64,000 nucleotides of DNA from a virus (taxonomy: Duplodnaviria; Caudoviricetes). The notes under the pieces are model-generated. The model did no database searches and was not told the DNA's origin. It saw only the letters and a program-made list of their open reading frames with translations. Numbering within the stretch: the first letter of the stretch is position 1; each line of letters starts with the position of its first letter. The translations under genes and the position numbers were made by a program. The DNA lies in the IMG/VR virus record IMGVR_UViG_3300033463_000114, positions 451 through 64,450 of that record. One strand, 5' to 3'. Below are positions 53,985 to 63,455 of the stretch, in pieces.

Positions 53985-54704
53985 TCACACCATTCCTCCC
54001 ATGTCCAGCGCGAAGCCGGCACCTGCATTCGCAGCGGGTCCGCCGCGCATCGACCTGTCCTTCGCCTCTGATACCGCGTTCTCGTAGGCGACCGCGTGCT
54101 GCCTGAACTGCTCCACGTCCGTCCACGGCTTGCCCTGCATGGAGAACAGCCTTGCAAGGGCGCCGTCAACGAGCGCATCGCCGTGCCGTTGCAGGAACGC
54201 CTTCGGAGCGCGTTCCTCGCCGATGTGCGGAATCTCGACGGCCTCCACCCACATGCTCCACGCGGGATGGAAGCGCGGCCTCTCACCGGTCTCGACCGGG
54301 AGCGACCCGACGTTGACCCTATCCTGTACGTACTCGACCGGCGGATGCCCCGCGAAAATGTCGTGGCGTATGCGGTTCCACGACAACTCCAGCACTGGCT
54401 GGTCTCCGAACACGCGCCAGCCGCCGACCTCTCTACGCGGAAGCCCCCATTCGACACGGGTTACGCAGTCTATCTCGCCGGATAGAACAGGCGCGATAGG
54501 ATAACGCGTCACTCCGTTCTCCACTGGAATCCGCCGCCACGTCCGCAACGCAGCGGAGCGGCGGCAGAACTCGCGGTACGCCCATTGGAGCGACTTCCGT
54601 ATCAGAACGGCGTCGCAGCCGGGAAGCAGGTACACCATGTTCTCGGCGAGCGTCGGCACGGAGTCGAACTCCGGCATCTCCCATTCTGTCGTGAAGTCGC
54701 CCAT
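53985..54704 (-). CDS. Head-tail adaptor-like protein
   Basis: LPGC....I...L..A.REFC and ALARLFSM.G.PW motifs. Confidence 0.65.
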   Translation of the reverse strand: MGDFTTEWEMPEFDSVPTLAENMVYLLPGCDAVLIRKSLQWAYREFCRRSAALRTWRRIPVENGVTRYPIAPVLSGEIDCVTRVEWGLPRREVGGWRVFGDQPVLELSWNRIRHDIFAGHPPVEYVQDRVNVGSLPVETGERPRFHPAWSMWVEAVEIPHIGEERAPKAFLQRHGDALVDGALARLFSMQGKPWTDVEQFRQHAVAYENAVSEAKDRSMRGGPAANAGAGFALDMGGMV

Positions 54705-54709
54705 GTTCG

Positions 54710-55147
54710 TCAGACCTTCATGTTGACCTTCTTGACTGCGGGTGCGGACTTTACATCTGGCCGCTGCATGAAGTTGTCGTCACCGCCGGACACGTTGTCC
54801 TGCGCGACTTTCTTGACCGCGCCCGTGCCGGTCAGCTCATCCATCGAGACGGACACCTGCGGGATTGAGTCTGGGACTGGCTCGTTCGCGTTCTCCGGCT
54901 CTACGGGATCGTACTTCGCCTTACGGATGTTCTGGTGGTCACGCAAGGTGTCAAAAGCCTCCCACGAGAACGACGGGTCGTTGTTGCGCTTCTTGTGGAC
55001 GAGCTCCGCGACCTTGCGCCAGTCAAGAGATCCGCCCGATATGGCCTGCGCGATGTCCTCTGGGACGTGCGCGTATGCCGTCTGCTTAGCCACCTCGTCG
55101 TTGAACGCGACAATTCGTCCGTCGTTCAGGTTCACTGCGTACTGCAT
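54710..55147 (-). CDS. Hypothetical virion-associated protein
   Basis: AAAAGGAAAG RBS, ATG 55147. Confidence 0.6.
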   Translation of the reverse strand: MQYAVNLNDGRIVAFNDEVAKQTAYAHVPEDIAQAISGGSLDWRKVAELVHKKRNNDPSFSWEAFDTLRDHQNIRKAKYDPVEPENANEPVPDSIPQVSVSMDELTGTGAVKKVAQDNVSGGDDNFMQRPDVKSAPAVKKVNMKV

Positions 55148-55225
55148 TGTGCTTTCCTTTTCTTGTTTTTTCGCGGAACCGCCCCCGCCCGGCACCGTGC
55201 CGGAGCGGGAGCGGCCCGCACAGCC

Positions 55226-55834
55226 TTACCCGTAGTACGGGTCGAGCTTCGCCACGTTGTCCTTGTCGGCCGTGGTAGCGCGGGACGCGCCGCGCGGCGC
55301 AGGCGTGGCCACGTTGCCGAGGCTGTCGCCGTCCGGCACGAAGCCGAACACGCCGAGCTTCACGTAGCCGTGCGTCTGCACGCCGAAGGTGGCGCTGACG
55401 ATGGCGCCGGAGTCAAACACCTTGGCTGCACTTGCCACCTTCGAGACCGCATACGTGCTGGACGAAGCCTGCGTGATACCGTCACTTCCGGTGGAAGCCA
55501 GCTTGGTGGCGCGGAGATACGCGCTGTTGCTCGGCGTGAAGGAGTCGCAGATGGCAACATCGTCGTCGCCGTCGGAGGCGTCGCGCACATACGGGGTGAA
55601 CGCCGTGGCCGTCGGGTAGTTGCCGTCCTTGTCCGCGCCGGACTCGATGAACGCGCCGAGCGCGACAAAACCCTTCGGAATGCCGAGCAGGGCGTACTCC
55701 GTGGAGGCCGCCGTGTTGGACTTCGAGAAGTCGATCGTGCGCTCGATGCAGACGAGGCCGGGGTGGAACATCTTCGCGTCGGTGACGCCGGCGGCGCCAA
55801 AGAGCGTGTTGTTTACAGTCGTTACTGCTGACAT
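55226..55834 (-). CDS. Capsid decoration / cement protein
   Basis: Directly after coat gene; TIDF...IPKG.V beta-rich pattern. Confidence 0.55.
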   Translation of the reverse strand: MSAVTTVNNTLFGAAGVTDAKMFHPGLVCIERTIDFSKSNTAASTEYALLGIPKGFVALGAFIESGADKDGNYPTATAFTPYVRDASDGDDDVAICDSFTPSNSAYLRATKLASTGSDGITQASSSTYAVSKVASAAKVFDSGAIVSATFGVQTHGYVKLGVFGFVPDGDSLGNVATPAPRGASRATTADKDNVAKLDPYYG

Positions 55835-55852
55835 GATGCTTTCTCCTTTCCG

Positions 55853-56848
55853 TTAGAGGGTCACGTAGCCCACGCCGAAGCGCTCCGGGTAGAGAGCGAA
55901 CCAGTCGTAGATGACCTTGGTGCGGTTGAACGTGCCCCAGTAGTCGATGTCCTTCATGCCCATGTCTCGGAGGACGACCTCCTGCACGAACGAGATGGCG
56001 GACTTGTCGATGAACAGCACGGGGTAGACCGTGGCCGTGCCCTCCGTGATGACGGGGAGGATGCGGTTGTCGACGAAGATGTCGGCGTCGCCGAGGCGTC
56101 CGAGCTTCCGCACGGAGCCTCGAATGACACTCGTCGAGTCGCCCGTCATGTCCGCCTGCTTCAGCTCGCTCGTCTGGAGACGGGCCGCCACGGGGGAGTG
56201 GCAGACGATCTTCCAGTCAGCGGTGCTGTTGCCGGGGTACTGCGAAACGGCCTCAAGGCCCTCGACGAAGTAGTCGACCGCCAGCTTCTGATGCGTGGAC
56301 GGCGATCCCGTCTTGAGGAGCTTGATGCAGTTCGCGCCGTTGGAACCGCCGAGAGCGCCGAGCTCGGTGTCCTTCGACAGCCACCCCGCCGTGTTGCCCT
56401 GGTTGAAGGACGCGCACTTGGAGAGAATGTCGGCTCCGAACTCCGCCTCGATCTTGTCGTTCAGCGCGGCGGATGCCTCGGTGAGGATCGGGCTGTTGAT
56501 GTCGAAGCGGGCAAAAAGCTCGTCCTCGACCTCGTTGTGGAGGCCCCAGCCCATCTCGCGTCCGATGAAGAACGACTCGACGGTCGACTTGGGGATCTGA
56601 TACTTCATCTTGTCGCCCGGCTTCATCCGATAAGGGGTGATGATCGGGAGAATTGGTATCTGGATTTCAGTCCCCGAATGCTTGAACTCGCCCTGGTAGG
56701 TGTTGTTCGTGATGTAGGGGAGGATTGACGTGTCGCGAAGGCGCTTCTTGAAGCCCTTCGCGATGATGGCCTGCTGCGTGCCGGGGTGGTTCAGCGGAAC
56801 CCCGCTCACGAAGCCGGGAGTGGCATAGCCTAGAGTGTTTCCTGACAT
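55853..56848 (-). CDS. Major capsid protein (P22 coat / N4-gp56-like)
   Basis: ITNNTYQGEFK..G.EI.IP; 331 aa; follows scaffold. Confidence 0.8.
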   Translation of the reverse strand: MSGNTLGYATPGFVSGVPLNHPGTQQAIIAKGFKKRLRDTSILPYITNNTYQGEFKHSGTEIQIPILPIITPYRMKPGDKMKYQIPKSTVESFFIGREMGWGLHNEVEDELFARFDINSPILTEASAALNDKIEAEFGADILSKCASFNQGNTAGWLSKDTELGALGGSNGANCIKLLKTGSPSTHQKLAVDYFVEGLEAVSQYPGNSTADWKIVCHSPVAARLQTSELKQADMTGDSTSVIRGSVRKLGRLGDADIFVDNRILPVITEGTATVYPVLFIDKSAISFVQEVVLRDMGMKDIDYWGTFNRTKVIYDWFALYPERFGVGYVTL

Positions 56849-56885
56849 TGCCTTGATTCCTTTCGTGTGGCCATCGGGAGAGGTG

Positions 56886-57671
56886 CTACTTCACGCGCCC
56901 CTCCCTCATGGCCTTGTCGATTTCTGCCCCGATTCGCTTCACCTCGGCGAAGTCGCCTCGGTCGCGGGCCTTCTCAACCTCGTCGTAGAGGTCGGAAATC
57001 TCCGCTTCCGTGTAGACCTTTCCTGGCTGCGCTACTACGGGCTTTCCGCCGCCGATGTTGCCGGGTTCGGGCGCGGCGGGCGCCGTTCCGCCGGAAGGAG
57101 GTGCAATTCCGAGTTCGTCCGTGTAGAACTTCTTGACATGCCATGCAAGGGCGTCGAAGTCGAAAGCGGCAAGCGCCGCGTCGATCGAAGGGCCGTTGAA
57201 CCTGCGGTAGCTCGCCCACGCCGCGGCCTTGTCGCCGCCGGGGCCGATCTGCGCCGCCAGCCCGGGGAACTCGCGCTCGAAGCGCTCATCGAGCTCGCGC
57301 TTGCGCCGCGCGCCGTCGCGTTCCTCCCGCTCCGCGATCTTGGCCTTCAGCCTTTCGATCTCCTCGCGGCTGGACGCAACAGCGTCGGAAACGCGCCCGT
57401 CCACCATCTTGTCGATGATGCCGCGCTGGTCGGCGTCGATGCCTTCCCGCTCTTCGTCGGTCAGGTAGTCGCTCGGCCTGCGCGTGGTGCGCTCCGCAAG
57501 CTGCTTCTGGAGCTTTGCGTTCTCCTCGGCCAGCTTCTTGACGCGCCCCTGTTCGACCTTCGCAGATTCCAGCGCGTGCTGCGCCTCCTCGTACTTGGCC
57601 TTCCAGTCAGTCGTGTCGCCGTTAGGCGTTCCGCCAGAAAGCGCGTCGGTTATGGTCTTCTCTTCGCTCAT
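56886..57671 (-). CDS. Scaffolding protein
   Basis: Coiled coil, WKAKY, C-terminal acidic helix; between portal and coat. Confidence 0.7.
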   Translation of the reverse strand: MSEEKTITDALSGGTPNGDTTDWKAKYEEAQHALESAKVEQGRVKKLAEENAKLQKQLAERTTRRPSDYLTDEEREGIDADQRGIIDKMVDGRVSDAVASSREEIERLKAKIAEREERDGARRKRELDERFEREFPGLAAQIGPGGDKAAAWASYRRFNGPSIDAALAAFDFDALAWHVKKFYTDELGIAPPSGGTAPAAPEPGNIGGGKPVVAQPGKVYTEAEISDLYDEVEKARDRGDFAEVKRIGAEIDKAMREGRVK

Positions 57672-57786
57672 CCTTGTCTTTCCTCCTCGTCGAGCCCTGA
57701 TGCCTTTTCAGGGAATCGGCGTTGCCTCGGCGAGCCGCAAACGGGCGGAATCTCCGGGCGGTTGCTGTTTCTGTTATGGACCGGCT

Positions 57787-58053
57787 TCACGTGGAATCCC
57801 CCCGCGCTTGGGCGGTGGCGTCCGCCCGGCGCGCGGAAAGAGCCTCTTCGGCCTTGTCCGCGAAACTGTTGCAAAATCTGATCGTGGCGCGGCAGTCGGA
57901 CTGGAAGTCCGCCGGAGCGCCTATCTGGCTGCACGCGTACCCCGCGAGAAACGCCTTCGCGCGCAGGAACGCGGCGAACGCCTCCAACGCGGGCGGCGGC
58001 ATCTTCGCCATCGCGTCGCGCTCCATCTGCACGAGCTGGGCCTCCGACATCAT
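57787..58053 (-). CDS. Small protein downstream of portal (88 aa)
   Basis: ATGA overlap with portal stop. Confidence 0.55.
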   Translation of the reverse strand: MMSEAQLVQMERDAMAKMPPPALEAFAAFLRAKAFLAGYACSQIGAPADFQSDCRATIRFCNSFADKAEEALSARRADATAQARGDST

Positions 58054-60317
58054 GCCACGGCCCTCCTTTCCTCGACGCCGCCCTGCGGCATCTCGACCTG
58101 CGGCGGCTGCGCAACGCCGGGAGGCGCGCCATGCGCCTGCTGACCGCCGTCGCCCATTCCGTCGGCGGGCGCCGCCGCGCCCTGCTGTGCCTGCGCCTCC
58201 GCGACGGCGAGCTGCTTCAGCTCCTCGACTGCCTCCATGAACTTCATGCGCTGCTCGCTCGGAATGATGTCGTCCGGGTTCACGTCCAGGTCCTTCAGCG
58301 ACGGGCGTAGCAGCGCGAGGACGCCCTTCGGCCCGATGAGCTGGAGCAGGAACTGGTTCGTGACGATCATGTTGAAGAGCTGCATCCGCGACTGGTCGCG
58401 CTGCACGCGCATGATGCGCCCGATGAGCCCGACTGGCAGAACGAACACGTCTCCCTTCAAGTCCATGTCCGTGCCGTAGATCAGCTCCCAATCGGCCATG
58501 CGGCGCACCGCCGTGCGGATGAGGCTGTTGTCGAACGACGTCAGGACGGACTTCATGCCGCGCATCATGTGCTCGTTGAACTGCGCAAGACCGCTCGACG
58601 TGCGGAGCGCTCCGCTCTGGCCGGCGCTCTGACCCTCCGCGAAGCGCGGGATGCCGCTGTCGTTGTCCGCCTGCTGGTTCCACATGTCCCACTCGGCGAC
58701 GAGCTCCCTCGCGCGCGACGGCACCTCGATCGTGCCCATTGGAACGCCGGAGGAGCCTCCGCCCGGGAACATCGGCTCGTCGAACATCACCGTCTTGTAC
58801 GCCTTGAACATCGTCGCGGACGGAGACTTGTCGCGCAGAAGCGCTGAGTTGCGCACCCAGAACATCGGCCCCGTGCCGGCAAGGTCGAGGAACAGCGACT
58901 TCGCGGTGTTGTCCTGCATCGTCTGCACGAGCCGCAGCTTGTCCGCGATGCTCTCGCCCCACCACGAGCCGGGGATGTCGTAGAACGAGGCGTGCGAAAC
59001 GGGCACGTCCATGCGGTTGTCGAGTATGCGGCAGAACACCACCTTGTCCTCGACCACCACGCTCTCGACGCGGTAGTAGTCGTTCAGGCGGATCGCCTTG
59101 TTGTCGCGGTTGCGGACGATTCCCATTTCGGAAAGCATCGACCCGCGGACGTAGGCGTAGCACCGCACGCCCTCGAACGTGCAGTCGTTCGTGTCCTCGT
59201 AGCCCCTGTCCTCAAGGACCCTGCGGTCCGCGTCCGTGTTGTCGTAGTAGAGGCGAAGCTTCACGCCGCCAGAAGGATGCCTGTCGAGGATGTCGCGCAC
59301 AACCGCGTCGTTCCACCCCTCGCCGTTCTTCTCCTTAGCGGCGCCCCTGTCGCACATGGTCCAAAGGTCGTGCGCCGCGTACTTCACCTTCATGCAGAAC
59401 GGGCCGTCGGACGTCTCCTTCGCGTCCGGCGCGGGGTAGCAGTCCCACGGGCTCACGCTCTCGAACACCGGCTTCAGCTTCACCTCGCGGACGTACTTCG
59501 GAACCTTCCCCTGCCCCGTCTGCTTCACGGAGTTGCACTCGACGGCGCGCATCACGGGGCCGTGCAGCACGCACGTCCCGTACACGCACAGGTTCGATAT
59601 GCAGTCGTGCACGGCTTCCATGAAGCCGCCTTCCTCCATCAAATCCCAGACCTTGTTCTTCATGCGCCGGACGCGGTTGCGGGCGGCGGCCTCCTTCTGG
59701 TTGGAGATGTCGTCGTACCTGTCCGCAGTCACCATCTGCACAGCCTGCATCAGCTTGGCCTCCGCCTCCGGCGGAAGCTGCGTCACACCCTGCTGCTGGA
59801 GCGACGCGAGAAGCGCCTGTATCTCGACGGACATGGCCTGCTCCGTCTCCGGCACCGCGTCTATCGGGATGTCCGGCACGGGCGAGTGCGTAAAGTCGAA
59901 AAGCGGCTCTCCGCTCTGGCTCAACAGATCGCCGAGGATCGACTTCGCTCCGCGCGTCTTGACGAACGTGATCGCCGTCTTCAGGTGCTCCGCTATCGTC
60001 CTCGGAATGCCCATTTTGTTCACGAGCGCGTCAAGCTGCTCGTTCGTGAACCTGCACCTGTTCGCGGTCAGCGCGTAGTCGAGACGCGCGTCGACGCCGC
60101 TGTTTCTCCGGTAGTCGCTGTTCGTCCTGAACGCGTCCATCACGAACGTTGCGAGGCGCGACATCGGCTCGGTCTGGACGACCTCCGGCTCCTGTCCGTC
60201 AGGCTGCGCGGGAGGAACGGGCGACGTAACGGCCTCCGCGCCCTGCGGCGCCGTCCTTTCCAGCACCGCCGTCCCAAGAGGCGCGCCGAAAATCTGGTCT
60301 GTTAGGCCCATCGCCAA
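58050..60317 (-). CDS. Portal protein (P22-like)
   Basis: VSPWDCYPAP, PGSWWGES, TSSGL; position after TerL. Confidence 0.8.
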   Translation of the reverse strand: MAMGLTDQIFGAPLGTAVLERTAPQGAEAVTSPVPPAQPDGQEPEVVQTEPMSRLATFVMDAFRTNSDYRRNSGVDARLDYALTANRCRFTNEQLDALVNKMGIPRTIAEHLKTAITFVKTRGAKSILGDLLSQSGEPLFDFTHSPVPDIPIDAVPETEQAMSVEIQALLASLQQQGVTQLPPEAEAKLMQAVQMVTADRYDDISNQKEAAARNRVRRMKNKVWDLMEEGGFMEAVHDCISNLCVYGTCVLHGPVMRAVECNSVKQTGQGKVPKYVREVKLKPVFESVSPWDCYPAPDAKETSDGPFCMKVKYAAHDLWTMCDRGAAKEKNGEGWNDAVVRDILDRHPSGGVKLRLYYDNTDADRRVLEDRGYEDTNDCTFEGVRCYAYVRGSMLSEMGIVRNRDNKAIRLNDYYRVESVVVEDKVVFCRILDNRMDVPVSHASFYDIPGSWWGESIADKLRLVQTMQDNTAKSLFLDLAGTGPMFWVRNSALLRDKSPSATMFKAYKTVMFDEPMFPGGGSSGVPMGTIEVPSRARELVAEWDMWNQQADNDSGIPRFAEGQSAGQSGALRTSSGLAQFNEHMMRGMKSVLTSFDNSLIRTAVRRMADWELIYGTDMDLKGDVFVLPVGLIGRIMRVQRDQSRMQLFNMIVTNQFLLQLIGPKGVLALLRPSLKDLDVNPDDIIPSEQRMKFMEAVEELKQLAVAEAQAQQGAAAPADGMGDGGQQAHGAPPGVAQPPQVEMPQGGVEERRAVA

Positions 60318-60368
60318 GTATTATCCACTCGCTTTACCACGCTTTACCCATGCGTTTCGGCATTTTTT

Positions 60369-62006
60369 TCAGCACCCGAACTCGAAGCACTGCGAAGGCG
60401 CGGCGTACTGCCCCTGCTGCCCCCATCCGTCGCCACGGAACGACGATCGCAGCGCGTCGAGCCTGCCGCCGCCGGCTGTCGCGCCGCACGCCACGTATTG
60501 CAGCGCGTCCGCGATGTGCGAGAACTTCGACCCCTTGTCCGGCTTGTCGTCGTACCGCTCCGATCCGTCGACCGTCCGCATCTTCCGGTAGCAGTACCCG
60601 CCGTTCATCGCCTTGCGGAGCCATTCGCACTTCCGCGACAGCAGGAACTTCGGCATCGCCTTGCCGTCAGGCCCCTTGGAAATCTGCCGCAGCAGCGAAT
60701 CGACCGCACTGATTCGCGTCATCACGTCGTTCCGCGTCAGCTCCGGCGGAACCTCCACCTTGAGCCCCTTGCTTTGCAAGAACGCGTGCGCCGAGATGGT
60801 CGACATCTCCGTGAGGTTCTTGCCGGACGGATCGGGGAACACCACCGCCGGCGTCAGCGGCCAGTTGCAGTGCCGCACGAGGTACGGTATCAGCTGCTCC
60901 TCCACGAACGGCGGAACCATCTTGTTGAACGCGACCTCCTCGCCGAACACCCTGAACTGCCCCATGTGCGTCATCTGCGCGAACACCGCGGCCGGATTTC
61001 CGCCCAAGTCCATCCCGACGAGCGTCACGTTGCCGCGCTCGTGTGCGAACTCCTCGTCAGTCGAATGCACGCTGTCGATGTACCCCGGCCACACCGGCTG
61101 CCCCGCCTTGACCTTCCCGTACTCGTTCAGCAGGCGCATCTTGATGTAGTCCTCATCTGCGCCAGTCAGCTGCTTCTCGTAGTAGTCCCACCCGTCGCCG
61201 AGGTTCTCCACGTTCTCGCAGACGCCGCTCGTGCCGAACGCCGCGTGGCCGGCCGCGTCGTTGCGGATGTACCACACGTCGCCTACCTTCGTACCGCGAC
61301 ACCCCGCGGGAGGACGCTCCGTCGACCTTATCAACGGAGGCGGCTGGACGAACCACAGCATCCTGTCCGGCTTCTCCACCTGCTCCAGCCTATACCACCA
61401 CGAGGAGTCCGTCGGCGTGTTCGTGTCCATCAGGATTCCGAACGACAGCCCCTTCCACCCCTGCGCGGAGGCGCCCGGCGGCTTGAAGCGACCGACTCGC
61501 TCCTGAACCTTGTGGATCGCCTCCCAGCTCTGCGCCGCCGCCTCGTTGAAGTACGCCCCCGACAGCGACAGGCCGTCCACGTCGTTCATGAACGTAGGCG
61601 CGCCGGTCGCGTAGAAGTACAACTCCATGCGGACAGTTATTCCCTTTTCCCTGTCCTCCGGCAGCATCGACGGTATCTCGTACACCCCGTTGATCGGAGG
61701 CGACCAGTGCATCACCATGTTCTCGCCTACGGGATGCCAGTCCAACCAGTCAGGTATCGTCGTCTTCTGCAACGCCTGGAACGTGTCGCGGAACATCCCC
61801 CACCGCGTCCACCGCACGAGCCGCCCGGTCTTCGGATCGACGATCGGCGGCTGCATGTGGCTCTTCATCACCATGTCCTGATGGCAGATGACCGTCTTTC
61901 CCGTCCCCTGCACGGCCCTTATCCCCTTGTACAGATACGTCCCTGGCGCCGCGTTGTGGAACGCAATCCCGGTCGGCGACGCGACGTATGTGAACTTCCT
62001 CGCCAT
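60369..62006 (-). CDS. terL: Terminase large subunit
   Basis: GTGKT Walker A, YFNEA Walker B, DTNTP, GMDLG RNase H domain, SHIADALQY. Confidence 0.92.
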   Translation of the reverse strand: MARKFTYVASPTGIAFHNAAPGTYLYKGIRAVQGTGKTVICHQDMVMKSHMQPPIVDPKTGRLVRWTRWGMFRDTFQALQKTTIPDWLDWHPVGENMVMHWSPPINGVYEIPSMLPEDREKGITVRMELYFYATGAPTFMNDVDGLSLSGAYFNEAAAQSWEAIHKVQERVGRFKPPGASAQGWKGLSFGILMDTNTPTDSSWWYRLEQVEKPDRMLWFVQPPPLIRSTERPPAGCRGTKVGDVWYIRNDAAGHAAFGTSGVCENVENLGDGWDYYEKQLTGADEDYIKMRLLNEYGKVKAGQPVWPGYIDSVHSTDEEFAHERGNVTLVGMDLGGNPAAVFAQMTHMGQFRVFGEEVAFNKMVPPFVEEQLIPYLVRHCNWPLTPAVVFPDPSGKNLTEMSTISAHAFLQSKGLKVEVPPELTRNDVMTRISAVDSLLRQISKGPDGKAMPKFLLSRKCEWLRKAMNGGYCYRKMRTVDGSERYDDKPDKGSKFSHIADALQYVACGATAGGGRLDALRSSFRGDGWGQQGQYAAPSQCFEFGC

Positions 62007-62009
62007 CCG

Positions 62010-62990
62010 CTACTCCCACCAGCTCATGAACCTCTGCTCGATCTCGTCGCGTGGCTTCTTCCTCGTCTCGGGCTTCGGCTTCGCGGGAGAGGCAGGCACC
62101 TGCTCCGCGTCAGCAGGCGTGCCGTCCACCACCTCCGCGTCGACCACGACGCCGCCCGCGCCAGCTCCGCCCCCGTCGAACCCGACCTCCGCCGCGGCCC
62201 CGGCGATCTCCTGCACCGCGCCGGCCGCAGCCCCCACGGCTCCGGCCACGCCCCCATTCCCCGCCGCACCGCCCGCCGCACCCGGCGCCACGATCCAGTT
62301 CAACGTCATGTTCGGGAAGTTATAGGTTATTCCCGCCTTGCCGTCCTTCGCCGTCCCGACCTCGTTGCTCTCCCCGTACACGTCGCGCATCGTCGCCTTC
62401 AGGCTCACCTCCACGGCCCGCTGGTTCAGCTCGCACCCGTCCTCCGTGATCAGCCGCAGCTGGCTCTCCTGCGCGACCGAGGCGCTCTCCTCCGCGACCG
62501 CCCGCGCGATCTTCCCGCGCAGCTTGCAGACGAACTCCCGCACCACCCACAAATCAAAGCACCTGTTCAGCACCCCGCCGTGCAGATCCCCGTAGTTCGC
62601 CCCGACCCTCCTGAACGCACCCCTGACATCCCGGCTCGTCGTCGTCACCACCTCGCAGTAGTATTCCAGCAGCCCCCTCCGAAGCGCCGCCACGTCGGCA
62701 ACCTCCCCGATCCCGTTGTCGTACATGAACTTCTGCCGCCGCGCCGCACGGGCCTCGAACTTCTTCACCAGCTCCTCGTTCTCGTCCTCCATCGCGAGGC
62801 GCGCCATCCCGACAAGCTGCTTCCAGGTCGGCGGCGTGAACCACGGGTTCGCCGCCGCAAGCGCGGCGGAATCCTCCCGCTCCCGCGAGCTCCTCCCGCC
62901 GATCTTGCGCACGAACGAACCGACGGGCTCCTTCGCCGGCTCCTTCGCCGAATCCTTCCTCGGTCTGCATCTTTTCGCCATGCCCCACAT
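62010..62990 (-). CDS. Putative terminase small subunit
   Basis: Immediately upstream of terL; helical core and Gly/Ala tail. Confidence 0.55.
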   Translation of the reverse strand: MWGMAKRCRPRKDSAKEPAKEPVGSFVRKIGGRSSREREDSAALAAANPWFTPPTWKQLVGMARLAMEDENEELVKKFEARAARRQKFMYDNGIGEVADVAALRRGLLEYYCEVVTTTSRDVRGAFRRVGANYGDLHGGVLNRCFDLWVVREFVCKLRGKIARAVAEESASVAQESQLRLITEDGCELNQRAVEVSLKATMRDVYGESNEVGTAKDGKAGITYNFPNMTLNWIVAPGAAGGAAGNGGVAGAVGAAAGAVQEIAGAAAEVGFDGGGAGAGGVVVDAEVVDGTPADAEQVPASPAKPKPETRKKPRDEIEQRFMSWWE

Positions 62991-63259
62991 CTTATCCCCG
63001 CTTTACCGCGCTTTACCCCTGTTTCCAGCCATTGTTTCCAGCCATACCGCCCCGCATCCCGCCATGCCGCCCGCCGTCCCGTTCCCCCCGCACCCCCTTT
63101 CCTTCGACGCGGAGGGAGGCGTCTTCCAGAGCCACGCACCCAACCACACACCCCACCAGACACCACACCAGACACCCCCGCCAGCATCGCACCCCCGCCG
63201 CCCACGACGCACCCCTCAAATCCCCCATTTCCCGCCACCCCAAATTTGCAGTTATGGAC

Positions 63260-63455
63260 GGTGAAATGGTGTACCCCCAAAAATGCACCATTCACCATTT
63301 TGCATAACTCAAAAACTAGCCAAATCAAAATGGTGCACGAATTTGGTGAAATGGTGTACTTTGACATTTCACCAAACACCCCCTTGCAATTGCAACTTTT
63401 ACCTCTAAACCGCCTATTATTATTAAATAACCCAATTTGGTGTAATGGTGTACCC
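63260..63455. repeat. Cluster of AATGGTG(Y)AC boxes with a 12-bp inverted repeat (candidate pac/origin)
   Basis: Boxes near 63264, 63285(rc), 63293(rc), 63329, 63350, 63444; TTTGGTGAAATG 63342-63353 / CATTTCACCAAA 63365-63376; AT-rich. Confidence 0.6.
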
